64,000 nucleotides of DNA, taken from contig NMRA01000133.1 of the NCBI GenBank assembly GCA_002633005.1, positions 614,627-678,626 on the forward strand, in the 5' to 3' direction. The DNA is from Phoronis australis (lineage: Eukaryota; Animalia; Phoronida). The number at the start of each line of letters is the position of its first letter. Position 1 is the first letter of the stretch. Both the position numbers and the translations under genes were made by a program. The notes under the pieces were generated by a model, which did no database searches, was not told the DNA's origin, and was given only the letters and a program-made list of their open reading frames with translations. This document shows positions 51,901 to 64,000 of the stretch, piece by piece.

Positions 51901-54900
51901 ACCAAAGATACTATATCTATAAAATCTTTGGTTCGACTGACTGATTTTGACCTGATCTGGTCTGGGTCAGTGAAAGCCCTTGTTTGCACAGCCGTCTCAA
52001 AACACCAGGAAAAGGCATAACTACACTCGATGGGTTTCTCAAAGATGAAAAATTCAACAAAGCCATATCTTTTTACATTGCTAAGTACATCGGAAATTTG
52101 AAAAAAAAAACACCAAAAATGCAATTTTGGCCTCCTTGTACCTAAAATCACAAATTCACGACTGCCGCGGTGCAAGAGAGGAGACCAGAATCCGGATGCT
52201 ATTTGACTATATATTGTAGAAATTCAGGTTAAAACGTGTCATTACTTCCCAAACTTCTGACAATTTCCACTTGTCTGAGACATAGTGTATTCGCGTCAAG
52301 ATCATTGAATTGTGTTCTGACAATGGTGGCACTTCCGTATCGAGGTAGACGAGAGCAGAGGCCAAATTTCTAAACTAGGACTCATCAGAGTTATATCGAA
52401 TACCTAGACCCAAACAGCATTTCATACATTACAACGAGAATAGTACTAAATAATTACATAAGTCATAGGCAAGCACGAACTATCATATTAAACGTTAGCT
52501 CTTATCTCAAACAAAATATTTGCTTTACAATTCGGTCAAGTTACAGACTTGACTTACATCGTTTTGCGCTCAAGAACACAACCGCGCTCTAGCACTACTC
52601 AAACGCAATCCGCACAAATGCAATTCGAAATGAGCAGCAATGAGGCGCGAATGGTCTGACCAATCATATAACCATTGTAATTACGTAACTAGTAGTTTCC
52701 GTGAACATGAGCGTAGTTAACAACAGCCACAGTTTGCAGGTTTTGAAAATCTGATGAATTGTTCTGAAATACGGATGTAATTTGTGTTGATGAAATTTTT
52801 TTTTTCATTTTGGTAAAAATGATGTTTTGTGATCACGATTTCACTCAAATGACCCATTTTACAAGATATTACGTGACTTCGTTAGTTAAACTAAGCGTAT
52901 TATGTACTTTGAAAACAGTATTGAGTGAATAATTGATTATAATTACTTACTTTAAACATTCACCATGAAATTTTTGCCATTTGTTATTTTTTAAAATATA
53001 TTTAGTAATACATATTCAAATGAGAACAAAGCTCGTTGAAACAAGTCATTATGCGTAAATAACGTAGAGTGTCAATTAAAGAATCACCTCAAAATGAGAG
53101 ACAACCTAAAAAGAGAACACGTAATATTCATTGAATATTTAAACGACTGAGGATCTAAACTGAAGATATTTACAGTAATACGTACAATAAACCTTATTCA
53201 CGCAATGGCCATTTTAAAGGTGGGCCTCTTTTTAGGTTTAAAAACAATGAATTTGAGACATGAATATAACGAGGAATGCGAAAAAGGCACGCTTTGCGCC
53301 GTGATTAAGCGCGGAATGCATTGCTTTTAAAACCTAAAAAGAGGCTCTGACCACTGGGTGAAAAAGGTGTTGCGACTTTGTTCAAAACAATTATCTAACA
53401 TCTGAATGTTTTGGAAAGTACGTCTCTTGAGTGAAGATTTTAATCATAGGTTCTCGGAGATGAAACTTGCTTTTTACTCAAAATGGGATTACAGTTTTGT
53501 GCGCCTGCATTTCGACCTGTTAATTTGCATCGATACTACAGTGCGTAAAGTTGGGATATCAGAAATGAAAGAGTTGTACGTCGAATTCCCATTTGCTATT
53601 CGTTTAGTTGAGACGGTGTTTGTTATTGGTGGAAAAATTTTGGTAGAAGGTGATTAGATGATTTAGAAAGAAATTTGAAACAAGGTCATTTAAAACAAGT
53701 CATCAGCTCGCTATCAGCGAAAAATGCTGCTTGGTTGTGTTTCTGGCTGCTTTTCTGTGTTGTTGAATCCCTAGCAAGTACTTGCATACGTGATATAGGA
53801 TGTCGCAAGGCGGGGGAAATATAATTTTCAAACAAAAATGTCCGTGTGAGCTCCGAAAACGACATATCAGCGGAATTTTTGTCGTGTTCGCAATTGTGTG
53901 GTGACTCCTCTTAGGCCTCCCTTCTAAATCTGCTTACGGCTATGAATAACTAACGTTGGTTCACTGGTTTCTGATTTGCGTGGTTATGTATGAACGAAAA
54001 TCGACTGACACTGAATTGATTTATGTGACTTTTGACATCCATAATTTGATCTTGTAACTTTTTTTTGCTTCAGTCAGTGAATTTTGATGCAAGTTGAAGT
54101 CCACTAGATGCTTTTCCATTTTGAAATTACCGCATACGAATGTTGGCGAAATGCGAGTACCAGCTTGATATCATTGACCTTCTTAGCAAAATGGCGGCCG
54201 TTGAAGTGAGGTTGCAATGGTGAAGGTGCTGAGGTAGAATACATAACCTGTGAGATAGAATTTAATGTTTCCGTTTCCTAAGCGAAGATTTTTAGACCTA
54301 AGTACACGCTTATGTCTGGAGTCTTTGGAACGCAATTCCGTTCTTGCCATTTTTACGTATCTTCAGGAAATTGTTACAAAGTGCCTTTGGACAATTAGCC
54401 TTTGAATGAAACCATGGTGATGCATATGTCAGTTTAATAGTTTCTTGTTTTTGTTTTTTCTAAAACGCGTTCTGCGTGTTTGCTTTCGTCGGAACTGTGT
54501 CACTGTTTTTGCAAAAGTATGTTTCAACATGTTAATGGGAATGATTTCTCCGAAAAACAACAATTATTACTTCGAGCCGCTACAAAGACTAGCTATAACG
54601 ATTAATTTCGATACAACCTAACCGCACTTTACTATACACTGCAAAAATCCTATCATTCACAAAACCTTACCGGAGCAGGGGCGGATAAAGGATTTTGAGT
54701 TAGGGGGGCTAGGGCACAGGAATAACCAGAATTTCGCCACATGCGCGCGCCGAGCCTAAAATGTAGGGATGCAGGAGTCTCGAATTTTTGGGTTCGTGGA
54801 CCTTATTACTAAAAAAACGGTAAACGGGGTTTGTTCAAGGTCTATGCACTGTGCATTCGCCCCGCGAGTCCCCCTGGGTGCACGCATGTGCTAGTCAGCA

Positions 54901-55012
54901 ATTCTCACCCCGAACTAGCAAATGGTATCTGGGAGAATTTTAGGNCCCCCCTTAAATCCGCCACTGCTGAGAACCAGGACTCACGCTCAGACACTCTTCA
55001 CAGACAAAGTTT

Positions 55013-58000
55013 CGCGATTTCTAAGCGCTGCGTTTTCGGTCACTTGAACTAAAAGTTGTTATTTAGGCTTGCTACTTTCTGAAAACGTGAGCTTTTTACT
55101 GAATGAATTCTATTGGTTAATAGATACTTGGCTTATTGCACAGACGTGTCGGTAAGGCCCTAGATAACCAGCGAAGTCTGTCAAAACAGTTACGACATGT
55201 CAATCAACCTAATAAGTTCAGCCAGTCTTGTCGGGGGCATTTAGACTAGACGTATCACTAATCCGCCATTTTTGCCCCACGTTGCAAACGAAAACGTTAA
55301 TGGTGTTTAACGACAAGTTTGGGTAACTTGTAATGCAGATACGTGATACACAGAGAGCCGACGAGGACCTTTGAATTGGATCGACACATGCTGCGTTTGG
55401 ACAGACAATTGTATCGAATCCAATTACGCGTAAATCACCGGCTTCCCCGATCCGAATCGCGTGATCCAGTGGGACCGCCGTATTAGGTGCACCCCTTGAT
55501 ACATATGTCGTAAAATTAACTTATCGAGTTTCCGTTCAGTGCTTTTTGTTTCTTTTGGAACTTTTTCTTTAGGGTAGAAGGTCAGAGGCCATTTTTTAAA
55601 GTTTCTCGAATTGAGTTTGGTGATTAAGAGGTTAAAGTTCAAATTAAATCGATTTTGTTTACTTTATCCATCGAGATTTTGACGAAATTTCTAATAGGTT
55701 TTGCCCATGTCATAAACCTGAAACTCGTGTAGGATTCTCTATTTTTGTATGTTACCCTTCTAAAAGAAATCGTAAGCTTTATTCCCACCACAAAAATATG
55801 CCAAAATCAAATATCCTCGCATTCTCTGACAATAATCGCGGCAGAAAATAATCCGTGGCTCCAGAACAGTTGACCTCAAAGGGTTTGCGGAAAAAATTAA
55901 GCACTTCGTGTAAACTCGTAATCTCTGATTTTAATTCGAAACCAATAGAAAATTTCGAAAAGGCAGGGATTCAACAGCTTCAGTTCACAAAGGTATTTTC
56001 ATCGACATTAAATCTTGAACTGCGATTATATAATATGCACGCGACTGATTAGCGCAGATGATCAAGGTTGTTCAACTACATTTGACCTTTTGTGGTTGTG
56101 GCACGGTGGATTGTTGGAAATGTGGCGGCGGCAATTCGTGCCCCCTTATCACATATCAGTATAAACCAATCTGTAGCCGGCACAGCTAGTTTTCATGTAT
56201 GTGTGAGCACACTTTTCGGAAACCTTTAAACAAGCTTCTAGTTTCATGTTGCAGGCATGGAACCATAGCGGTCAAGGGGTCGGGACTCGGTCACTTTCGT
56301 ATTGCTGGAACGGAAGAATATCAACGTCAGACTCCCTCTGGCGACGATTCTGCAGCTGCGCCTATTTTCAGGGAGGGAGCGGGACAATGTCAACGAGCCA
56401 ATCCAGGTATGCAGCAAGGACATCTGTTGTCGAAAATCATGATTCTATTTTTGGAGTGCAGGGATTCCCAGACACTCTTCTACAAAGAAGATACGAAAGA
56501 CAAAAGCGCGCGGCTACCAAAATTCGATCAGCTGGACGTTAAGACTTATTTGTGCAATGGATTGTGGAGATGAAACTGCAGNCGCGATCCCGATTTGTAA
56601 GCGTTGCGTTTTCGGTCACTTGAACTAAAAGTTGTTATTTAGGTTTGCTACTTTCTGAAAACGTGAGCTTTTTACTGAATGAATTCTATAGGTTAATAGA
56701 TACTTATCTTAATGCACAGACTTGCCGATGAGGCCCTAGATAACCAGCGAAGTCTGTCAAAACAGTTACGACATGTCAATCAACCTAATAAGTTCAGCCA
56801 GTCTTGTCGGGGGCATTTAGACGAGACGTATCAATAATCCGCCATTTTTGCCCCACGTTGTAAACGAAAACGTTAATGGTGTTTAACGACAAGTTTGGGT
56901 AACTTGTAACGCAGATACGTGATTCACAGAGAACCGACGAGGACCTTTGAATTGGATCGACACATGCTGCGTTTGGACAGACAATTGTATCGAATCCATA
57001 TTACGCGTAAATCACCGGCTTCCCCGATCCGAATCGCGTGACCCAGTGGGACCGCCGTGTTAGATGCGCCCCTTGATGCATGTGTCGTAAAAATAACATA
57101 TCGAGTTTCCGTTTAGAGCTTTTTGTTTCTTTTGGAACTTTTTCTTTAGGGTAGAAGGTCAGGGGCCATTTTTTAAAGTTTCTCGAACTGAGGTTAAAAT
57201 TCAAATTAAATCGATTTTATTGTATTTTATCCATCGAGATTTTGATGAAATTTCTAATAGGTTTTGCCCATGTCATAAATCTGAAACTCGTGTAGGATTC
57301 TCTATTTTTTGTATGTTATTCATCTAAAAGAAATCGTAAGCTTTATTCTCATCACAAAAAATATTCCAAAATCAAATATCCTAGCATTCTCTGACAATAA
57401 TCGTGGCAGAAAATAATTCGTGGCCCCAGAGCAGTTGACCTCAGAGGGTTTGTTGAAAAAATTAAACACTTCGTGTAATCTCGTAAACTCTCATTTTAAT
57501 TTGAAACCACTAAGAAATTTCGAAAAGGCAGGAATTCAGCAGCTTCAGTTCACAAAGGTATTTTCATCGACATTAAATCTTGAACTGCGATTATATAATA
57601 CGCACGCTACTGATTAGCGCAGATGATCAAGGTTGTTCAACTACATTTGACCTTTTGTAGGTGTGGCACGGTGGATTGTTGGAAATGTGGCGGCGGCAAT
57701 TTTTTTAAGTGATATATATTTACTGAAGAATACACAGAACATACAAAGAAATAATAACAAACCCAGAAACCGCGAAGCATTATATCTGGGTTGTAAACAA
57801 TTCATAAGTGAAACTAATATACATAGAGGTATATACAATCAAGTAGAATCTAAAATAAGTATTCCAATACTTAGATATGCTATTACAGATATATAAAAAC
57901 AAAAATATGTACAGAGTCATATAGGGAAGTCAGATGCAACAATATTGATAAACGGTACATAAAAATTTACTAACGTTGCTTAGAACGAAGTCAAGGTTAG

Positions 58001-58234
58001 GCGGCGGCAATTGTGCCCCCATATCACATATATAAACCAATGTGTAGCCGGCACAGCTAGTTTTCATGTATGTGTGAACACACTTTTCGGAAACCTTTAA
58101 ACAAGCTTCTAGTTTCATGTTGCAGGCACAGAACCATAGCGGTCAAGGGGTCGGGACTCGGCCACTTTCGTATTGCTGGAACGGAAGAATATCAACGTCA
58201 GACTCCCTCTGGCGAAGATTCTGCAGCTGCGCCT
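55013..58234. repeat. Diverged direct duplication across the N at 56582 (55013-56363 ~ 56583-58234)
   Basis: Colinear copies with many SNPs and indels; the same spurious ORFs recur in the track. Confidence 0.9.
57702..57999 (-). mobile_element. 5'-truncated non-LTR retrotransposon 3' end with a 13-bp TSD
   Basis: ggcggcggcaatt flanks the insert (57689-57701 and 58000-58012) and is single-copy at the homologous site ~56124-56136. On the - strand: an ORF tail NLDFVLSNVSKFLCTVYQYCCI*, an AT-rich UTR and a short A-run. Confidence 0.7.
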
Positions 58235-58252
58235 GTCAACAGGTGGCGAGAC

Positions 58253-58843
58253 AGTCTCGTCCCGGGCTCGCTGGTTCCCTGCATGCCGTTAGGTGGTGCG
58301 GCAGGTATCACTTATTTTACTCGGTAATTTCTGATTGGCTAGTCGAATTCTCAACAGGCAGCGCTTTACGCAAACAAACTGGCATGACTGATGGATTGAA
58401 GTGTAAATGTGGTCTGTTGTACAGACAAGTCGGTGCTTAAAATTTATGTTCAGGAAATGTGAAGCTTAGAAACTGTGATTGCGCCTTTTCGGAATGCATC
58501 TTTCTACAGTCGATGACTTTTGTTTACCATAGTGTCCTGTATTCATAGAGTATGAATAACACATCGGTTAAATCGGCCAGATATGTGTTTATTGTACACG
58601 TATGTGCTTCTATCACGCGGCTATTAAACATCACTGCAGAAACGAAATAGTTGCTGCGACGCCACTTGCATGACAAGGCTAAAAATCGTTTACAGTCCGC
58701 CATTTTTTCACCCGGTGTTGTAAAGCTAACCAATGACTGCCGAGGTTACATCGACCAATGCTGAAGCGCGTGCCACTGGGTGATACCTTCGAGCTGGCTA
58801 GGCTGAGCACGCAGGGAACCAGCGAGCGTCCCGGGGCTCACCT
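58253..58843. mobile_element. ~590-bp putative MITE
   Basis: Inverted repeats gctcgctggttccctgcatgc (58266-58286) / gcacgcagggaaccagcgagc (58807-58827); no TSD seen. Confidence 0.5.
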
Positions 58844-59684
58844 TCAACTGTTAAACAACATGACGTAGAAATCGGCAACATTTCGTGCATAATTGTACGG
58901 CAAGAAAAAGAAGCAGAGGAAATGGACCCAAGTTGTCAAAAGTTGAAATTATCGAAAGGCATTGCTTTTTATGTCAGATATTACACGATATCGTCATGCT
59001 TTTTCTGCTGACAAAAACAAGGATATGTGGAGATAATCTCTCAGTAATATAATCCATGCTAGTGTTGACTTACGAAATAAATGTCAGTCGTAGATGTTAA
59101 GCTAGGGTAGTAATAAGGAAAGTGGCCAATGTATCCCAATGTATGCATTTTGTTGAAGTTAAGAAAAAATCGAAAGTGAAAGTCAAGAAAGAGTCGATTA
59201 AGATTAAAGAATACTACGGGCTTTCACCACCATTGCTTTTCAAGACGACTACCCACATATGTATACGATGTATACAAAAGTTTTGTGAAATGTACAACGT
59301 CTGACCCAGACTTTCTAAATGTGTGTTATACATTACAGCGGGGGTTAGAAATGCAAGTATACAACTGCTTGTACTTGACACTGAATTTCAATTAAGTAAT
59401 AATATTTGATTTACAGTAATAAATTTTATTGCGTGATAACGTTTGTAGCATTCGTTTGTTTTAGCCTCTAGTCTAGCTTAATATTAGTCACAAGTCGGTG
59501 ACATAAATGTCAAGTTTAAAGTAAACCAAACAAGACTGCCATAATAAATGTAATAAAGGAGAGCAAAATAGACCCCTGCACGCGCTTTTCCTTAATTAAC
59601 AATTTCCCAGGTGACGATATCTGAAGTATAGCGTTACCTGGCGCTACTGTAAAGCGGTTTCCATAATTGTTATTAGCATTTCCT

Positions 59685-59798
59685 TGTGAATAGTGAGCCA
59701 GTCAAGAGCAGTCGAACTGACGGTAGAGACAAGGTGCTGCTTGTGAATATTGAGCCAGTCAAGAGCAGTCGAACTGATGGTATAGACGAATTGTTGCT
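59685..59798. repeat. 57-bp tandem duplication upstream of the GPCR start
   Basis: tgtgaata.tgagccagtcaagagcagtcgaactga.ggta.agac occurs twice. Confidence 0.85.
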
Positions 59799-60019
59799 TT
59801 GACTCCACTGATTGCAAACTGAATAATCGCGGGACATTTTTGGAGCCCTCTGAAAAACGATAACATTTGTGTTATTTTGTTAGGTCTACGTTGCCTCTTC
59901 ATAACTACATGTCAGTCTCAACTGATGTGTTTGCTAATTTTGTGGTGACGCCGCTGGATCATTTTCACTGATTGGACGAGAATGGCATTTGTACAAGTTT
60001 CGAAGCTTTAACTTCGACC

Positions 60020-63000
60020 ATGACTGGCAACATTTTCTTCAGTTTTGAGGATAGCGACGTTTCTAACCGGACAGTCTTAAACAAGGAAACTTCAAGTGCC
60101 CCGTACTCGTCAACCTTAGCAGCGTTTACAAAAAGCGAGAACCACACAAAGCAGATATCATCGACAAGTGTATATTTTGTTCTACCAATTTTGTTGCTGT
60201 TTTTGGTAACTCTTGGAGCAAATCTCGTAGTTATTGTGACAATATGTTTGGTGAATTCGCTGAAAAGTGTGACGTCGGCTTTTCTTGTGAATCTCGCATT
60301 GTGCGATCTTCTCATTGCCTGTGGAGTTTTACCGCTTGCGGCTATAAATCTGGTTTTACGGACGTCGACGATGGACATGGTAATTATTTACGGACATTTG
60401 TAGTTAAAATATTGAACAAGACGTTGTGTATTTTGTTTGCTGACTAATGTATATTTATATATTTTTATATCACTCTCTCTTCATTATAAGATGCCCCTTT
60501 AATTTCGACTACTTCACGTCTTGGATATTATGAAAAAATAAATCAATTATTGGACTTACATATTGAGTTAGTTACGTTGTAAATCCAGTAATTGTTTTAT
60601 TTTTTCATATTATTTACTCACCTGGATGACTCAAAATATTCATCATATTATCACTTCTTGGTTATTGGGAGACAAAAATGGAAACGCAGCCGACGTTTCT
60701 GGTCATACAAGTCTATGTTATTAAAAGTTATTTGAAACTGATTTGTCTGTCAATTCCCACACGCTTAGAATCATTTAAAAGTATTGAAATTATGGCATGA
60801 TTTAGATGTTCACAATTTCATTTGAGGTTTGTGAAATGGGGACGGGAAAGTGTTGAGCCGCATGAGTTGAAACGTTGTCTCTGTTGTGCTGTCAGTGGTT
60901 ACCACTGACAGCACAACAGAGACAACGTTTCGGAATTCAGTTTTCCTAGTTTGTCCGATTTACCTTGACATAAGACAAAGGTGTTTCCCAATTGTTGCAG
61001 ACTAAACGCCTGAAGAGGGCTTTACAAGATTTATGATGCCCGAAAATTTGGACACCATTAGATAGCTGTGCAAATATTCTATAAAAGCAGGAGTAGAGTG
61101 GCAGCTTTAAACCAATTCGCAAGAAAACTAAGACGCGTTGTTGTTGTTTATAGTGAAATTTCAGTTATAATTGTTCTTGTGTATATGTATATACATTGTA
61201 ATTGTTCTTGTATACATGTATATACATTGTAATTGTTCTTGTATACATGTATATACATTGTAATTGTTCTTGTATACATGTATATACATTGTAATTGTTC
61301 TTGTATACATATATATACATTGTAATTGTTCTTGTATATATGTATGCGTGCGCTTTTGAATCATGTAAAGAAAGGTCCTTTTTGACCGCTACATACAATG
61401 GTTTTAAACTATTCGTTTGCATTTAATTTCCAGGCCATGTGTTCCAGCATGGGTTTCCTCTCCAGTATGTTTGGTGTCAGCTCAGTGCTGACGCTCGTTG
61501 CCATAGCAATCGATAGATACACGGCCATAATCCACTGCCTTGAATACCACTCCAAATCCAACATAAAGCTTGCTTTCAAGCTTCTAGTGTGGGTATGGAT
61601 CCAGTCGATTGTTTGTTCTTCGTTGCCACTCTTGGGTGTTTCCGGTAAGTTGCATTATCTCAAGACAAACAAAGTATCATGCTAATTGTGCTTCCTTAAT
61701 TTACATATATCATTAGTGGGATAGTCACCTTGTTAAATATTGCTAATAACTTACGAAAATACCAGCGTTTCATCAAAGTTACTAACTTTTATTTGGACTT
61801 CGTGCAGTATGAAACTGAACACAGCTTGTTCATATCTCAGATGGGAAATGGCTTCTGGGCTTGGAAATATGCTAGTTCATTATGACGTCAGAGCATGCTC
61901 GTCGCATAAACTGACACGCCGTGACTTACTTCTAGAGCCTTTTGTCTTAAAACGAACCCTAGTTGGACTAAAAGGCGTGATTCCATAACGGTAAACGGTT
62001 TACATTAATGTCAGTGACGGAAAACTGGTTTATACAACTAAATATATAATATAAATTTGTTCAAAGGCCTGTGGCCTTTTGAAACCTAAACTGATCATTT
62101 TACTGCGGCACCCCTGGTGTATAAATGCAGAGACGTGTGCTCCAGAGATAACAAAGCATTTACAACACGCATCTCGGTCTCTTTCTTTGTTTTATTACCA
62201 AAATAGAAATTATATGATTTAAGACTAGGGTTTCTTTGGTATCTATACACTATACAACTATTCAGGACTACAATTCTCCCTTCAAATTTTTAGTAACGTA
62301 CATTGTCTGAGGTTTTCCAGCGTTTCACAACGATCTCACATTTATACACAATTCACAATATCTGTGTTCCCTCAGAGCAGTTGACTCCTAGTTCCCCCTT
62401 TTACCATGATAATGCGCTATTCTGTAGGGTTTGATTTTAACCACTTCTAAATAATGAGCAAAAATTAAGCCATTTCTTCACCACTTTGTAAAGGGAGAGG
62501 TTTGAATAGTCGTCACCGATATCGCATATGTCATTCTGGGCTTAGTTAAACGGTCTTTCTTTAAGATCTTTGACAAATTTTGCCTGATTTGTGACTAGTT
62601 GGCTTGTCCACTCCTCCCGATAATTCGTTTCTTTTTCTAAAAGCATTTTCACTTTCAAACCTTAGCTGTCTATTCCTCCTTCTTCTAGCTCATATTGTTT
62701 ATCGAACACTTTTGATATAGGCCATGCCTATTTGGATCAGCTTGAGCGAGTATTTAACAATATTTTCCTATCTTACATATCTTAAACTGACTGTCAAACT
62801 GTGCTTGTACTACAGTGCCCGCCACTTATATGGCATATACCTGCGTAATATATTTTTCAAAGGTTTTTGGTATTTTATCTCGATCAACTTTTAGAGCTTT
62901 TTGTCACAGAAATAACATAGAAATCAGCTCTATTTTTTGACTAAGGGACCATCTGAGCCCAATTTCATATTGGGAAATGATTTACATAAACGTTAGCGAC

Positions 63001-64000
63001 GGCAGCACGGGTTTATATTCGCTTTAAGTATACTATTAAAACCAGTACATTTGAAGTTATGATGTTATTGATATTATTTATTCCGTTTTTTCATTCAAGG
63101 GCTTGGAGAGTATGCCGCAATCCCAGGAACCTTCTTGTGTGGATCGCGTTGGGAGAATCATCTACCGTACGCCATAATCATGCTGATCACGTGCTTTCTA
63201 GTCCCGGTAATAGTGATGACGTATTGTTACGCATCTATTATTCGTGTTGCGAGGCAGCACGTGCGTCGGATTTCGGATATCCACATGGCGATGCTAAAAA
63301 GATACCGCGGACTGAGTAAGAGTAGCACTGACTCCCGTTCTCAGCCTTCTCAAGATCTTGTTGTTGGGAAAAGCACCAATAAAGCATTAGTTCCGGGTGA
63401 GGATAATAACAACAACAATAATAATAACAACAATAATGAGTCTCAAACAGAAATGTCGACCTTCAAGAAGGAGATTAAAGCGACCATTCGTTTATTGGGC
63501 CCAGTTATGATAGTTATTTTGTGCTGGGTTCCATATCTGACAGTGCGTTTTGTAACTGCCATGGCAGGTCCACAGTACATGCCTGAGTCGGCTTTCGTGG
63601 CCACAACATGGCTGGCGTATTGCAATTCCACTTTGAACCCCTTGTTGTACGCGGCAAGCAACAGACGCTTCCGGTTGGCAGTCGGGAGTCTGCTGCGTAT
63701 AAAAGCAGAACCTTTGCTGAGAAAGAACGCCGTTGGTCGCAGGACTCACCCAATGGAAAGGCGAGTGGAGACGGACATAGCAATCAGTACCGTTGCAACA
63801 GTCAACGGAGGTGTCTTGTCTGTAGACTACCTTAAAGTCCCGTGGTGTAGCAACGACCCTTCTACATCCGGTGCTTCTCATACCATTCCAAGTTCGCAAC
63901 GACGAGATACGCAAGAGACATATTTGGAACAGTTTAACGTGGAGGTGAAGTGTAGAGTGTCTCCACCGTTAGTCGAAGACAGGAACCACTTTGAAAACTT
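60020..64000 (+). CDS. Orphan rhodopsin-family (class A) GPCR, GPR161/GPR101/GPR135-like; 3'-partial. Exons 60020-60379, 61434-61644, 63100->64000
   Basis: Phase 0 then phase 1 GT-AG introns. Motifs: TM1 GANLVV, TM2 NLALCDLL, TM3 C..VAIAIDRY, TM4 W..LPLLG, TM5 FLVPVIVMTYCY, TM6 CWVPY, TM7 NSTLNPLLY, helix 8 NRRFR. Exon 3 is open to the window end, so it is missing from the ORF track. Confidence 0.9.
60869..60931. repeat. Perfect palindrome, 31-bp arms with a 1-nt spacer
   Basis: gaaacgttgtctctgttgtgctgtcagtggt-t-accactgacagcacaacagagacaacgtttc. Confidence 0.95.
61164..61345. repeat. 31-bp minisatellite (attgttcttgtatacatgtatatacattgta), ~6 copies, in GPCR intron 1
   Basis: Directly visible period-31 array. 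Confidence 0.95.

Noticed and set aside
61161-61422. Repetitive minus-strand ORFs
   Set aside because: Artefacts of the 31-bp minisatellite.
63443-63914. Overlapping minus-strand and off-frame ORFs
   Set aside because: Shadows of GPCR exon 3 with no independent coding signal.
60020-64000. Opsin or biogenic-amine receptor identity
   Set aside because: Position 7.43 is Tyr, not the retinal-binding Lys, and 3.32 is Ser, not the amine-binding Asp.

Overview
AT-rich, intron-containing animal (probably invertebrate) genomic DNA from a gapped assembly; most ORF-track entries are spurious. By reading GT-AG junctions and checking phase I assembled five spliced genes. (1) A secreted C-type-lectin-domain protein fused to a second, unnamed domain (- strand, runs off the left edge). 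(2) FKBP11-like PPIase (- strand, 5 exons, 186 aa). (3) A 10-Cys Ly6/uPAR three-finger protein (+ strand, 3 exons, 145 aa). (4) An ARHGAP6/36-family RhoGAP (- strand, 12 exons, 1001 aa, ends ETLV). (5) An orphan class A GPCR (+ strand, 3 coding exons, runs off the right edge). Introns and intergenic DNA hold a deleted Kolobok-type transposon, a 400-bp Penelope-like fold-back insertion with a minimal hammerhead ribozyme on each strand, MITEs, Helentron-like repeats, a truncated LINE tail with a TSD, and mini/microsatellites. Three duplications flank N gaps and are probably uncollapsed haplotypes. Family assignments come from motif recognition, not database searches.
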